Shown: positions 8,985 to 18,731 of the stretch, piece after piece | How the letters are laid out: each line of letters opens with the position of its first letter | Numbering within the stretch: position 1 is the first letter of the stretch | Assembly: GCA_963761305.1 (NCBI GenBank) | Contig: CAVXGK010000002.1 | Location: 3,040,001 to 3,104,000 of the forward strand | Direction of reading: 5' to 3' | Origin: an uncultured Gemmatimonadaceae bacterium | GTDB lineage: Bacteria; Gemmatimonadota; Gemmatimonadetes; Gemmatimonadales; Gemmatimonadaceae | Length of the DNA: 64,000 nt | Translations under genes and position numbers: made by a program | The notes under the pieces: generated by a model | Told to the model about the DNA's origin: nothing | The model's database searches: none | Seen by the model: the letters and a program-made list of their open reading frames with translations, nothing else

Positions 8985-10562
8985 TCACATCCGTGACTCG
9001 GCGGCAATACGCCGAAGCTCGGGAAGGATCCTGCCGATCTGCGTCGCCCCGGCGTCGGGGTTCCCGAATCCAAAATAGAGGTTCTTGTACATCGGGTACA
9101 GACGGTCGTATACCGAACGTTGGATCGAATCCGGCTCGATCGTGCGGAACGACGGGCAGAGCGCGCGCTGCGCGTCCTCGATCGTCGCGAACGTGCCCGC
9201 GGCGAGGAAGGCGAAGATCGCCGAGCCGAGTCCCGTGATCGGCCGCTCCGGCACGAGCACCGGCACGCCGAACACGTTCGCGTACACCCGATTGAGCACT
9301 TCGTTCTTCTGGGGAATGCCGCCGGCGTTGATCACCCGACGGATCGGCACGCCGTGCTCGGCCATTCGGTCGAATACGACACGCGTATGAAGCGCCGTGC
9401 CCTCGATCGCCGCGAACAGATCGTCGCGCGCGTCGTGGTTCAGGTTCCAGCCCAGCGTGACCCCGCCGAGGTTGGGGTTGACCAGCACGGTGCGATCGCC
9501 GTTGTCCCAGGTCAGCCGCAGCAATCCGGTTTGGCCGGCGCGATATTCGTCGAGACCATTGGAGAGCACGCGTACGCTCGTGCCGGCCCGGCGTGCGATC
9601 GCCTCGAAGATGTCGCCGACGGCGGACAGGCCTGCCTCGACACCCACATAATCCGGATGTACCGAACCAGGGACGACGCCGCACACGCCTGGCACGCAGT
9701 CAGCCTGTTTCGCGATCGCAATGATGCACGTGCTGGTGCCCACGACGTTGACGACGTCGCCTTCCTGAATTCCCGCGCCGACGGCGTCCCAGTGCGCGTC
9801 GAACGCGCCGACAGGAATCGGAATCCCGGCTTGAAGCCCAAGTCGCGCGGCCCACTCACCGCTCAATTGGCCGGCGACGTGGTTCGACGTACGATAGCGT
9901 CCGTCGAGCTTCGCTCGCACGCCGGCGAAGAGCGGATCGACCGACGCGAGAAAGCTCTCCGACGGTAGTCCGCCGTGCGCGGCGCTCCACAGCCACTTGT
10001 GTCCCATCGCGCACACGGAGCGCGGAACGTTCTCGACGTTGGTCTCACCGGAGAGCACCGCCGCGACCATGTCGCAGTGCTCGAGCGCCGACGCGAACCG
10101 CGCGCGCTTGTCGGGGTTGTGGCGCAGCCAGTGCAGCAGCTTGGCGAATCCCCACTCCGACGAGTACACACCGCCGCACATCTCGATCGCGGGCAACTGC
10201 TCGCGGCTCGCGACCTCGGTGATGAGCGCCGCTTCGCCCTTCGCGCGATGGTCGGCCCACAGATAGTAGTCGTCGAGCGGCATGAGGCGTTCGTCCACCG
10301 GCACGACGGTCGAGCCCGTGGTGTCGAGCGCGATCGCTTCGACGTGCTTGCCGTCGACCTTCGCGTCGGCGAGCGCCTGCTGAGTCGCCGACGCGAGCGC
10401 CTCCATGTGCGACGCGTGCGACTGCGTCGCGAAGTCCGGGTCGCGCCGATCGCGATTCACCGGATACTCGGCGGTGCCTGCGCCGATCGGCCCGCGTTCG
10501 CTGTCGACGATCGCGACGCGCACGCTCTGCGTGCCGAAGTCTACTCCCGCGACGACCGCCAC
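8985..10562 (-). CDS. araB: Ribulokinase (FGGY carbohydrate kinase)
   Basis: GVDFGTQSVR, WADHRA, GGVYSSEW, CAMGHK, GAFDAH, WDNGDR, GGIPQKN; GTG start at 10562. Confidence 0.85.
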   Translation of the reverse strand: MAVVAGVDFGTQSVRVAIVDSERGPIGAGTAEYPVNRDRRDPDFATQSHASHMEALASATQQALADAKVDGKHVEAIALDTTGSTVVPVDERLMPLDDYYLWADHRAKGEAALITEVASREQLPAIEMCGGVYSSEWGFAKLLHWLRHNPDKRARFASALEHCDMVAAVLSGETNVENVPRSVCAMGHKWLWSAAHGGLPSESFLASVDPLFAGVRAKLDGRYRTSNHVAGQLSGEWAARLGLQAGIPIPVGAFDAHWDAVGAGIQEGDVVNVVGTSTCIIAIAKQADCVPGVCGVVPGSVHPDYVGVEAGLSAVGDIFEAIARRAGTSVRVLSNGLDEYRAGQTGLLRLTWDNGDRTVLVNPNLGGVTLGWNLNHDARDDLFAAIEGTALHTRVVFDRMAEHGVPIRRVINAGGIPQKNEVLNRVYANVFGVPVLVPERPITGLGSAIFAFLAAGTFATIEDAQRALCPSFRTIEPDSIQRSVYDRLYPMYKNLYFGFGNPDAGATQIGRILPELRRIAAESRM

Positions 10563-10575
10563 GTGGATCTCGCTC

Positions 10576-12075
10576 TCAGGCGTGCCGCAGCACGTCCCAG
10601 CCCAGATACCGCGTCGTCGCTTCGTGAACGGCGTCGGCGACGGTCGCCATCGTCGCGGCGACGTGGTGCTCGAAGCCGTTCGTGCAGATGAAACGCAACA
10701 GCTCCTGCAACCGTGGAATTTCGGCGACGCCGGCGCCACCGAACGTCGTCAGCGGATCGTCGGTGAAGCGGCCTTCGCCGACGTAGCCGCGAATTTTCCC
10801 GGTGCGGTCGTCGGTCGAGAAGCGCGCGAACGACATCTGGCTCGATCGCACCTTGCCGACGACGGTGCCGTACGTGTTGTCGCGACCGACGGTGCCGGCG
10901 ATGATCGCCTGGTAGTCCATCTTCACGTCTTCGAAGAACGACTTGGGCAGATTGCTGCAGTGGAAGCACACCGCCTTGTCGGGGTCCTCGCCGTAGTTGT
11001 TGTTCCAGTCGAGCAGCGCGCTCGGCGTCTGCGACGCGAGCGTGAGCGCGTACATGCTGATCGTGCCGCACACGTCCACCTCGCACGCGCTCGGCATGTT
11101 CACGTCGCTCATCATGCTCATGATCGTGCACGGCACGACGCCGAAGAATTCCTCGAGCGACGTCCAGCACTGCACCGCGCTCACGTTGACGTCCGTCTCG
11201 CGCATCCAGCGGTCGATGACGAGACCGAGCTTGGCCATCTTCACCAGCGCGTCGCCCGGGATGCCGTCGGTGGCGACGTACTCCTGCATCTCGCCGAGTT
11301 TGTAGAGGACGTCCGCGTCGTCGTTCGCCAAGCGGTTCACCCGGCCGAGTACTTCGGAGAGATCGATGGGCTCGACGGCGATGCCGGAGGCCTCGAGGAT
11401 CTTTTCGCTGTAGCGAACCGTCTTGAACGCCGCCGGCCGCGCGCCGATGGCGCCGATGCGCGCCGTCTTGAGACCGCGCGCCACGCGACACGTCGCCACG
11501 AATCGCCGGAGGTCGGCGCGGAAGCTGGCGGACTCGGGGCGCTGGGTGTGCAGCGACGTCAGAGTATATGGTATGCCGTACTGCGTCAAAACGTTACAGA
11601 CCGACATTTTCCCGCAGAATGCGTCGCGCCGGAAGTCGATTCCCATTTTCGCCGGATCGTCGGCGGCGGCGTGAATGAGAACCGGCACGTTCAGACCGGA
11701 GAGTCGAAGCGTCTCGGCGATGGCGCGTTCGTCGCCGAAGTTCGGGAGCGTGACGACGACGCCGGCGATCTCGTCCGCGTGCTTTCGGAAGAGCGCCGCG
11801 CAGGCCTTGGATTCGTCGCGGCTCTCTACTGCGCCGTGGACGGAATCGTCGAGCTCCAGGGCGATGGCGTCGATGCCTTCCTCGGCGAAGGCGCGCAGCA
11901 TCTCGTCGCGGCCCGTACGAGCCAGGTGTCCGGGGAAAAAGCCCCGGTTGCCGACGAGCAGGGCGAGCGTGACGCGTTCGACGGGGGGCCGCCGTTCGGC
12001 GCGCCGTTCGGCCTGGACCACGTGCTTCGCGGTGAGCTTTCCGCCAGCGTTGGATTCGAGTTGATGAATGCGCAT
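10576..12075 (-). CDS. L-fucose/L-arabinose isomerase family protein
   Basis: VGNRGFFP, LPNFGDE, RRDAFCGK, QCW, SACEVD, FHCSN, GFEHH motifs; true start may be GTG 12021. Confidence 0.8.
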   Translation of the reverse strand: MRIHQLESNAGGKLTAKHVVQAERRAERRPPVERVTLALLVGNRGFFPGHLARTGRDEMLRAFAEEGIDAIALELDDSVHGAVESRDESKACAALFRKHADEIAGVVVTLPNFGDERAIAETLRLSGLNVPVLIHAAADDPAKMGIDFRRDAFCGKMSVCNVLTQYGIPYTLTSLHTQRPESASFRADLRRFVATCRVARGLKTARIGAIGARPAAFKTVRYSEKILEASGIAVEPIDLSEVLGRVNRLANDDADVLYKLGEMQEYVATDGIPGDALVKMAKLGLVIDRWMRETDVNVSAVQCWTSLEEFFGVVPCTIMSMMSDVNMPSACEVDVCGTISMYALTLASQTPSALLDWNNNYGEDPDKAVCFHCSNLPKSFFEDVKMDYQAIIAGTVGRDNTYGTVVGKVRSSQMSFARFSTDDRTGKIRGYVGEGRFTDDPLTTFGGAGVAEIPRLQELLRFICTNGFEHHVAATMATVADAVHEATTRYLGWDVLRHA

Positions 12076-12212
12076 GGGACGGTTTTCAAGAGAGCGGGTA
12101 AGTCGTTAGAGCATATCGGGCGTACAGGGTCGCCGGAAGACCGTCGCGTTGACACCTCGGTGCGCCGAAGGCATTGTTCGCGCGCCGACCTGACCCTCAC
12201 CGAGAGAACTGA

Positions 12213-13268
12213 ATGAACCGCCCGCGTTTTCGTCCCGAAATTGGCGTTCTGGTGCTGGCCACGCTGCTCGCCTCCTGCAGCGAGACGAAGACCGACAAGT
12301 CGAGCGCATCGCCGCAAGCTGGGGGGGGCGCGTCGGCCGCGGGCGGCGGCAAGACGTTCACCATCGCCATGATCGCCAAGAGCTCGACCAACCCGGTGTT
12401 TCTATCGGGACGCCAGGGCGCCGAGGCTGCTGCTGCCGAGCTGACGAAGGCGAACGGGGTGAACGTGAAGATCGACTGGCTCACCCCGCCCGACGAGGAC
12501 CCCACGCTCCAGGCGCAGCGCATCGGCGAGGCGGTGAACGCCGGCGCGAACGCGATTCTTCTCTCGGCGAGCGACGCCGGAAAGCTCGTCGGTGCGGTAG
12601 ACGAAGCCGTCGCGCGCGGCGTGCCGGTGATGACGTTCGACAGCGACGTCGCCGGCTCCAAGCGCTTTTCGTTCTACGGTGGGGACGACGCGTTGATGGG
12701 CACGCAGGTGATGCAGGAGCTGGCGAAGCAGATGGGCGACAAAGGCAAGATCGCGATTCTCGCCGGCAACCAGAACGCGCCCAATCTCCAGAAGCGCGTC
12801 GAGGGGGTGAAGACGGAAGCGGCGAAGCATCCCGGCATCACGATCCTCAACACGTTCTACCACGCCGAGACGCCGCAGGACGCCGCCGCTGAGGTGACGC
12901 GCGCCCAGAACGCATATCCCGACATTCAGGGCTGGGCGATGATCGGCGGCTGGGCACTCTTCACGCCGGCGCTCCTCACTGACCTCGATCCAAAGAAGGT
13001 GAAGATCGTGTCCGTCGACGCGCTGCCGGTGGAGTTGCCGTACGTGGACAAGGGACTCGCGCCCGTGCTGTTCGCGCAGCCGACGTACCTCTGGGGCTAC
13101 GTCTCGGTGAAGACGATCTTCGACCACGTGTATCTGCACAAGGATGTGCCGGCGCACGTGCAGATGGATCTCGTGCGCGTGTCGAAGGAGAACCTCGGGC
13201 AGTGGGCGCGTCAGTTGAAGGACTGGGGATTCAGCGACGTAGATCCGAAGTTCCTGTCGATGAAATAG
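12213..13268 (+). CDS. Sugar ABC-type substrate-binding lipoprotein (RbsB-like, Peripla_BP)
   Basis: Lipobox LLASC; IAMIAKSSTNPVF, PVMTFDSD, ILAGNQNAPNLQKR, VSVDAL. Confidence 0.88.
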   Translation: MNRPRFRPEIGVLVLATLLASCSETKTDKSSASPQAGGGASAAGGGKTFTIAMIAKSSTNPVFLSGRQGAEAAAAELTKANGVNVKIDWLTPPDEDPTLQAQRIGEAVNAGANAILLSASDAGKLVGAVDEAVARGVPVMTFDSDVAGSKRFSFYGGDDALMGTQVMQELAKQMGDKGKIAILAGNQNAPNLQKRVEGVKTEAAKHPGITILNTFYHAETPQDAAAEVTRAQNAYPDIQGWAMIGGWALFTPALLTDLDPKKVKIVSVDALPVELPYVDKGLAPVLFAQPTYLWGYVSVKTIFDHVYLHKDVPAHVQMDLVRVSKENLGQWARQLKDWGFSDVDPKFLSMK

Positions 13269-13306
13269 GCCCTGACGACGGGAATTTTATCCGACACTGT
13301 AACAAT

Positions 13307-13330
13307 CTTCGAGAATCGTTGTTTTCGAAG
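13307..13330. terminator. Possible hairpin downstream of the sugar-binding protein gene
   Basis: cttcgagaa...ttttcgaag imperfect inverted repeat in an AT-rich stretch about 40 bp after the stop. Confidence 0.3.
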
Positions 13331-13574
13331 TAGCAAATCGCGATCGGCTCCCACTTATATAGTAGGGGGGTCGTCATCCAAATTTTGGTCTGGATCGGCG
13401 ACGCCACGCGGGAGTGAACCGGAACTGGCACAAGAGTGCTCCGGATCACCGAACGAGAGCCCGTGTCCGCTCGACGCCTGCCGGGATTAACAACTCGACC
13501 CGACGGCGTCAGACGCACTACCCCCAAATCGCTGATCGAAAGAGCCGGGAGACTTTTCGTCGGCGCCGGGCGAT

Positions 13575-13891
13575 CAGTCTCGATCGACGAACGACCAGTC
13601 TCGATCGACGAACAACGAGTACGCGACAGCAAATCGAGTGTGTGCGATCTCGGACTCGTGAAGCGTGACGATCGGATGCCGATGCAATGTATCCAATTGA
13701 TCATTCTGGAAAACCGACCGGCGGTGCGCGATCGCCGGTTCGCGTTGCGCGACGGAGAGAACGCGGTAGTCGAGCGCCGGGCGGAGAAATCGAAGCTGGC
13801 GAACGACGAATCGTCGTCGCCGGCTGTCGATGCGCGATGTCCGGCTCGCCATGCACGATGTCCGACCGGCCATGTGCGATCGCCGATCGAC
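13575..13891. repeat. Degenerate 21-bp tandem repeat array
   Basis: Near-identical 21-mers at 13575/13596; TRYGCGA-like cores at 13620, 13641, 13662, 13725, 13746, 13767 and (one-base shift) 13831, 13852, 13873; three similar units at 13829-13891. Confidence 0.7.
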
Positions 13892-14002
13892 GACGCGGAG
13901 CGTGAAGACGCGGATACCGGACTTTGGGGACATGAAACCGAACATCCGACGAAGGATGTCGGCTGACATAGACGATCGCCGCCGCGGAGCGATCGCGCAG
14001 TA

Positions 14003-14036
14003 CCCGGCGCGCACTCGGTGCGCCGGGAATCTTTTT
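14003..14036 (+). promoter_or_regulatory. GC hairpin plus T-tract immediately upstream of the RBS of the 14048 gene (terminator/attenuator-like)
   Basis: cccggcgcgcac-tcg-gtgcgccggg followed by aatcttttt, then aaggag and ATG 14048. Confidence 0.45.
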
Positions 14037-14047
14037 CAAGGAGTCAT

Positions 14048-14830
14048 ATGGAAAACAGGCAAGGCGACGTACTCGAATCAATTCGAGCAGTACAGAACTT
14101 CCTCGACGCGCACGCCGATCGACTCGGGGACGTGAACAAGACGGGCGTGCGACAGCAGCTCGATGAGGTGGTAACGCAGCTCACGGGACACGTCACGTCT
14201 CAGAACGACCACTCGCTGGCCGCACTGGGTGCGACGCGGAAGCAACGTGCGCTGCGGCGCATCCTGGTCAACGAGCACATGCGACCCATCGCGCGCATCG
14301 CGAGCGCGGATCTGCCACCCACGCCCGAGGTGCAGCCACTTACGATGCCGGCGGGACGGCCGACGGTCGCTGTTCTGATTGGCGCGGCACGGGGTATGGC
14401 CGCGGCGGCGGGACGGTTTGCCACGGTCTTCACCGGCGCGGGTTTGCCGGCGGACTTCGTGGCGCAACTCACCACGGCTACGGACGCGCTCGAGGCGGCA
14501 CGCGACCAGCAGACCTTGACGCGATCATCTCGTGCCGGGTCGACGGACGTTCTGGCCGGAACCCTGCAGCGAGGCCGCCGAATCATCCGCGTTCTGGACT
14601 CGCTGGTGGCGAACGCGCTCAAGGATGACCCCGAGTTGTTGACGGCGTGGAAATCCGCGAAGCGAATTCGGCACATCGGGCGACCCGCGGGGATCGCCGG
14701 AGTGACGTTGCCGGCGACGCCACGGACGACGGCTCCGACGACCACTCCGCCGAAGGCCCAGACCGCCCCGACGGCACTGGCGGCGCCGACCGGTCCGGCT
14801 GTCAGTCGTGAGGCGCCGGTTGTAGCGTAG
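14048..14830 (+). CDS. Hypothetical all-helical protein with Pro/Thr/Ala-rich C-terminal tail
   Basis: Strong RBS aaggag before ATG 14048; 260 aa, amphipathic helices, 'LPADFVAQL', 'DDPELLTAWKSAKRI', low-complexity tail; no recognisable catalytic motif. Confidence 0.75.
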   Translation: MENRQGDVLESIRAVQNFLDAHADRLGDVNKTGVRQQLDEVVTQLTGHVTSQNDHSLAALGATRKQRALRRILVNEHMRPIARIASADLPPTPEVQPLTMPAGRPTVAVLIGAARGMAAAAGRFATVFTGAGLPADFVAQLTTATDALEAARDQQTLTRSSRAGSTDVLAGTLQRGRRIIRVLDSLVANALKDDPELLTAWKSAKRIRHIGRPAGIAGVTLPATPRTTAPTTTPPKAQTAPTALAAPTGPAVSREAPVVA

Positions 14831-14840
14831 TCAACCGATT

Positions 14841-14877
14841 GAACGGTCGAGTCAGTCCGCGGCTGGCTCGACCCTTC
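14841..14877. terminator. Stem-loop between convergent genes (likely bidirectional terminator)
   Basis: gaacggtcgagtcag / ctggctcgacccttc inverted repeat between stops at 14830 and 14887. Confidence 0.6.
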
Positions 14878-14886
14878 GCCGCCGAC

Positions 14887-16068
14887 CTAGTGTCGCACGA
14901 TGTACATCGCGATCGAATGCGGTGCGAGCGAGGCCCCGACTTCCCCGTCGGTCGTGCGCTCCGTATGCGCCCACAGATCGCGCGCGACATGTCGTCCGCC
15001 CGACAGGCCGATCTCCCTCATCGTCGCGGAAATCGTCGCCGGCGCATCACCACGATTCAACAACGCGACGGCCCGGTCGCCATTCGACATCGGCTTGATC
15101 CACACCTGCGTCACGCTGTCGCCCGTGAGCTTGTAGCCCTGCGACCCGCCCCAATCCTGATCGACGGCGATGACCTCGGGATTCGTGAGGATCGCGCGCG
15201 TCGAGTCGTTCATCGACCGAAGATCGTTCCCGGCGATGAGCGGCGCGTTGAGCAGCGCCCACAGACTGAAGTGCGCGATGTACTCGGTGTTCGTCATCTT
15301 GCCGTTGCCGACCTCGAGCATGTCTGGATCGTTCCACGCGTTCGGCCCGGAGCGCTTCTCGAGCCCGATCTGTTTGTCGAGGATCGAGAGCATCGACTTC
15401 CACGAGTCGCGGATGTCGCCGGTCGTGCGCCACAGTTGGCCGCCCACGAAGCGTCCCCACTCCCACGGCTTGTTTTCACCCCACTCGCAAATGCTGAACA
15501 CGATCGGCCGGCCCGTCGCGGCGAGCGCGTCCCCCATCGCCTGGTAGCGCTCGATGGCCGGGCGCAGTTGGTTGTTGCAGTTGTCGTATTTGAGATAGTC
15601 GATGCCCCACGCGGCGAACGTCGTCGCGTCGGCCACCTCGTGGTCGATACTCGCCGGTCGCTTTTGGCATGTCATAGTCCCGGCCGACGAGTAGATGCCG
15701 ATCTTGAGGCCCTTGGAGTGGACGTAGTCGGCCAACCACTTCATTCCGTGCGGAAACCGCGTCGAATCGGTCGTCAGGTTGCCCTGCGCATCTCGCGCCG
15801 ACGCTTCCCAACAGTCGTCGATGTTGACGTACTTGTAGCCGGCGTCGCGCATGCCCGACGACACCATCGCGTCGGCTGTCTCGCGAATGAGATTCTCGTC
15901 GATGTGGCAACCGAACTTGTTCCAACTGTTCCAGCCCATCGGCGGCGTCGGGGCGAGCCCCGAACGCGCGGGGCGCGCGGCGGTGGTCGCGGTCGATGCA
16001 GCGCCATGGCGTGCCACCGCCGTCGCCAATACCGTGAGAAAGAGCCCCCAGCCCCACGTCGCTCGCAT
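14887..16068 (-). CDS. Alpha-galactosidase-type glycoside hydrolase family 27, secreted
   Basis: [51 protein letters not shown]; signal peptide from ATG 16068. Confidence 0.93.
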   Translation of the reverse strand: MRATWGWGLFLTVLATAVARHGAASTATTAARPARSGLAPTPPMGWNSWNKFGCHIDENLIRETADAMVSSGMRDAGYKYVNIDDCWEASARDAQGNLTTDSTRFPHGMKWLADYVHSKGLKIGIYSSAGTMTCQKRPASIDHEVADATTFAAWGIDYLKYDNCNNQLRPAIERYQAMGDALAATGRPIVFSICEWGENKPWEWGRFVGGQLWRTTGDIRDSWKSMLSILDKQIGLEKRSGPNAWNDPDMLEVGNGKMTNTEYIAHFSLWALLNAPLIAGNDLRSMNDSTRAILTNPEVIAVDQDWGGSQGYKLTGDSVTQVWIKPMSNGDRAVALLNRGDAPATISATMREIGLSGGRHVARDLWAHTERTTDGEVGASLAPHSIAMYIVRH

Positions 16069-16230
16069 GCCCGTTCCTCGTTCGATGACGTTCCGCGTCC
16101 CGCCACCCGCCGGTGAAACTAACGTGTGGCCGTCGACGACCGAGGCGGAAGGGGCGGCTGCCAGCGCAACTGGCGAAGTCGCGCTGCGCGACGGAAGTTC
16201 TAGGCCGTGTACTTCCCGACGGAGATTGGC

Positions 16231-18711
16231 ATGCGCACGACCATCGCCCGCCTTTGCACAGCCGCGATCCCGGTGCTGCTCGCAACCGAGACGCTCCACG
16301 CTCAGGGCACGGCCGCCGACTACGCCCGCGCCGACCAACTCAACGCGCGCTACGAGGGACTTGCCGTCAACATCCCCGATCGCCCGACGTGGATCGGTCG
16401 CACGTCGCGGCTCTGGTATCGTCGCACGGTAAAGGGCGGCGGCTTCGAGTTCATGGTCGTCGACGTCGCGACGAAAACCAAGAATCCCGCCTTCGACCAC
16501 GCCAAGCTCGCCGAGGCGATCATACGAGCGGGACTCACCGAGACGCCGTCGCTCGGCCGCGGCGGCACCAGTGCGCCGGCCATGACACGCGTGTCGGCGA
16601 CGAATCTGCCGTTCGCCGACTTCACGTTCGCCGACGACGAGCACGCGATCGACTTCGTGGCCACGGGTTACAACTGGAAGTGCACTCTCACCGACTACAC
16701 GTGCCAGCGCGTTGGACCGGTGGGCGTCGGCGGCCGCGGTGGCCGCGGCGGCCGGGGAGCGGGCCCGATTGCCGACGACGAGCAGAGCGACATGGTGCCG
16801 TTCGAGGGACCGTGGGACGACATCGAAGCGCTCGGCGACGAGGTAATCGCCCAGCGTCTCGCGCAGCAGCAAGGGCCGCCGCGTCCGCCCGCCGACAGCG
16901 CCGTGCGCCGCTCGCCCGACGGCCAGCACGAGGCGTTCATCGAGAACTTCAATGTCTACGTGCGTGCGGCTGGCGCACGTACCGGCGCCGCGCTCACGTA
17001 CGATGGCTCGGAAGGCGGCGCGTACACATTGCAATCGCTGCAGTGGTCGCCCAACTCGGCAAAGATCGCCGTGTATCGCGTGACGCCGGGCTATCGCCGA
17101 CTTGTGCGTTACGTCGAGTCGTCGCCGACCGATCAGTTGCAGCCGAAATACATGGAACGCGTCTACGCGAAGCCCGGCGACGTGCTCGACGAACGCGATC
17201 CGGTGCTGATCGACGTGGCGGCGAAACACGCAGTGCACGTCGACCCCGCGCTTTTCCCGAATCCGTACCAACTCCAGCAGCTCACGTGGCGCAAGGACAG
17301 CCGCGCGTTCACGTTCGAGTACAACGCGCGCGGCCATCAGGTCTATCGCGTCGTCGAGGTGGACGCGAACACGGGTGCCGCGCATTCAGCCGTTTCCGAG
17401 GAGTCGAAGGCGTTCGTCGATTACCGCCGGGCGACAGACGGGATCAGCGATTCCGGCCGAGAGTTCCGTTACGATGTCGGCGACGGCAAAGAGATGGTCT
17501 GGATGTCGGAGCGCGACGGCTGGAGTCATCTCTATCTGATCGACGGCGCGACCGGGCGTGTCGAAATCCAGATCACCAAGGGCAGTTGGGCCGTGCACAA
17601 CGTGCAGCGCGTCGACGAGGCGAAGCGGCAGATCTGGTTCACCGCGAACGGCATGGACCCGAAGGAAGACCCGTACTTCCTGCACTACTACCGAATCAAC
17701 TTCGACGGCACCGGCCTCACGCCGATGACGCCCGAGAATGGCATGCACACGATCTCGTGGTCGGGCGATAGCACGTATTACGCGGATGTCTGGTCGCGAG
17801 TCGACGCCGCGCCGACGCTCGACATCCACAGCGCGTCCGACGATCACGTCGCGATGGACGTCGACGATGGCGACATCACGGCGCTCTCCGCCGCAGGATG
17901 GAAGGCCCCCGAAGTCTTCGTCGCCAAGGCGCGCGACGGCGTCACCGACATCTGGGGCGTGATCTTCAAGCCGACGAACTTCGATCCGAAGAAGAAGTAT
18001 CCGGTGATCGAGAACATCTATGCCGGCCCGCAGGGCTCGTTCGTGCCGAAGACGTTTGGCATCACGAACGACATGCGCACGCTCGCCGAGTTCGGGTTCA
18101 TCGTCGTGCAGATGGACGGCATGGGGACGGCGAATCGTTCGAAGGCCTTCCACGACGTCGCGTGGCAGAATCTCGGCGACGCCGGATTCCCCGATCGCAT
18201 CCTCTGGCACAAGGCGGTGGCGGCGAAGTATCCGTGGTACGACATCACGCGCGTCGGCATCTACGGCACGTCGGCCGGCGGGCAGAACTCGCTCGGCGGA
18301 ATGCTGTTTCATCCGGAGTTCTACAAGGCGGCGGTGTCGGCGGCGGGCTGCCACGACAATCGCATGGACAAGATCTGGTGGAACGAGCAGTGGATGGGCT
18401 GGCCGCTCGGGCCGCAATACGGGGCATCGTCGAACGTGGACAACGCGCCCAAGCTGCAAGGCGACTTGATGCTCATCGTCGGTGAGCTCGACACGAACGT
18501 CGATCCGTCGTCGACGCTGCAGGTCGTCAACGCGCTGATCAAGGCCAACAAGACGTTCGATCTGCTCGTCATTCCGGGCGCCGATCACACGAACGGCGGC
18601 CCGTACGGTATTCGCAAGCGCAACGACTTCTTCGTCCATCACCTGCTCGGCGTCGAACCGCCGCAGCGGAACGCGTTGCAGGCGCTGCAGGCCGGACGCG
18701 CGAGTCAGTAA
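16231..18711 (+). CDS. Dipeptidyl-peptidase IV-like serine peptidase (S9), secreted
   Basis: RBS ggag; signal peptide; DPP IV N-terminal propeller ([10 protein letters not shown]), IYAGP, GTSAGG nucleophile, DTNV, GADH. Confidence 0.9.
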   Translation: MRTTIARLCTAAIPVLLATETLHAQGTAADYARADQLNARYEGLAVNIPDRPTWIGRTSRLWYRRTVKGGGFEFMVVDVATKTKNPAFDHAKLAEAIIRAGLTETPSLGRGGTSAPAMTRVSATNLPFADFTFADDEHAIDFVATGYNWKCTLTDYTCQRVGPVGVGGRGGRGGRGAGPIADDEQSDMVPFEGPWDDIEALGDEVIAQRLAQQQGPPRPPADSAVRRSPDGQHEAFIENFNVYVRAAGARTGAALTYDGSEGGAYTLQSLQWSPNSAKIAVYRVTPGYRRLVRYVESSPTDQLQPKYMERVYAKPGDVLDERDPVLIDVAAKHAVHVDPALFPNPYQLQQLTWRKDSRAFTFEYNARGHQVYRVVEVDANTGAAHSAVSEESKAFVDYRRATDGISDSGREFRYDVGDGKEMVWMSERDGWSHLYLIDGATGRVEIQITKGSWAVHNVQRVDEAKRQIWFTANGMDPKEDPYFLHYYRINFDGTGLTPMTPENGMHTISWSGDSTYYADVWSRVDAAPTLDIHSASDDHVAMDVDDGDITALSAAGWKAPEVFVAKARDGVTDIWGVIFKPTNFDPKKKYPVIENIYAGPQGSFVPKTFGITNDMRTLAEFGFIVVQMDGMGTANRSKAFHDVAWQNLGDAGFPDRILWHKAVAAKYPWYDITRVGIYGTSAGGQNSLGGMLFHPEFYKAAVSAAGCHDNRMDKIWWNEQWMGWPLGPQYGASSNVDNAPKLQGDLMLIVGELDTNVDPSSTLQVVNALIKANKTFDLLVIPGADHTNGGPYGIRKRNDFFVHHLLGVEPPQRNALQALQAGRASQ

Positions 18712-18731
18712 CCCTCTACGATTCCAGGTCT

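Noticed and set aside
13575..13891. Possible CRISPR array
   Set aside because: Units are contiguous degenerate 21-mers with no constant repeat/unique spacer structure, and there are no cas genes.
13436..13966. 176-aa ORF with apparent heptad pattern over the 21-bp array (and antisense ORFs 13231..13704, 13574..14014)
   Set aside because: No clear RBS, atypical codon use, and the repeat register slips by one base so the peptide pattern is not maintained in one frame; treated as probably non-coding, although translation is not excluded.
14887..17385. 832-aa extended GH27 ORF (likewise the extensions 6623..8440, 7642..9684 and 36067..37161)
   Set aside because: The N-terminal extensions overlap other real genes; true starts with signal peptides lie downstream (16068, 7639, 8976, 36750).
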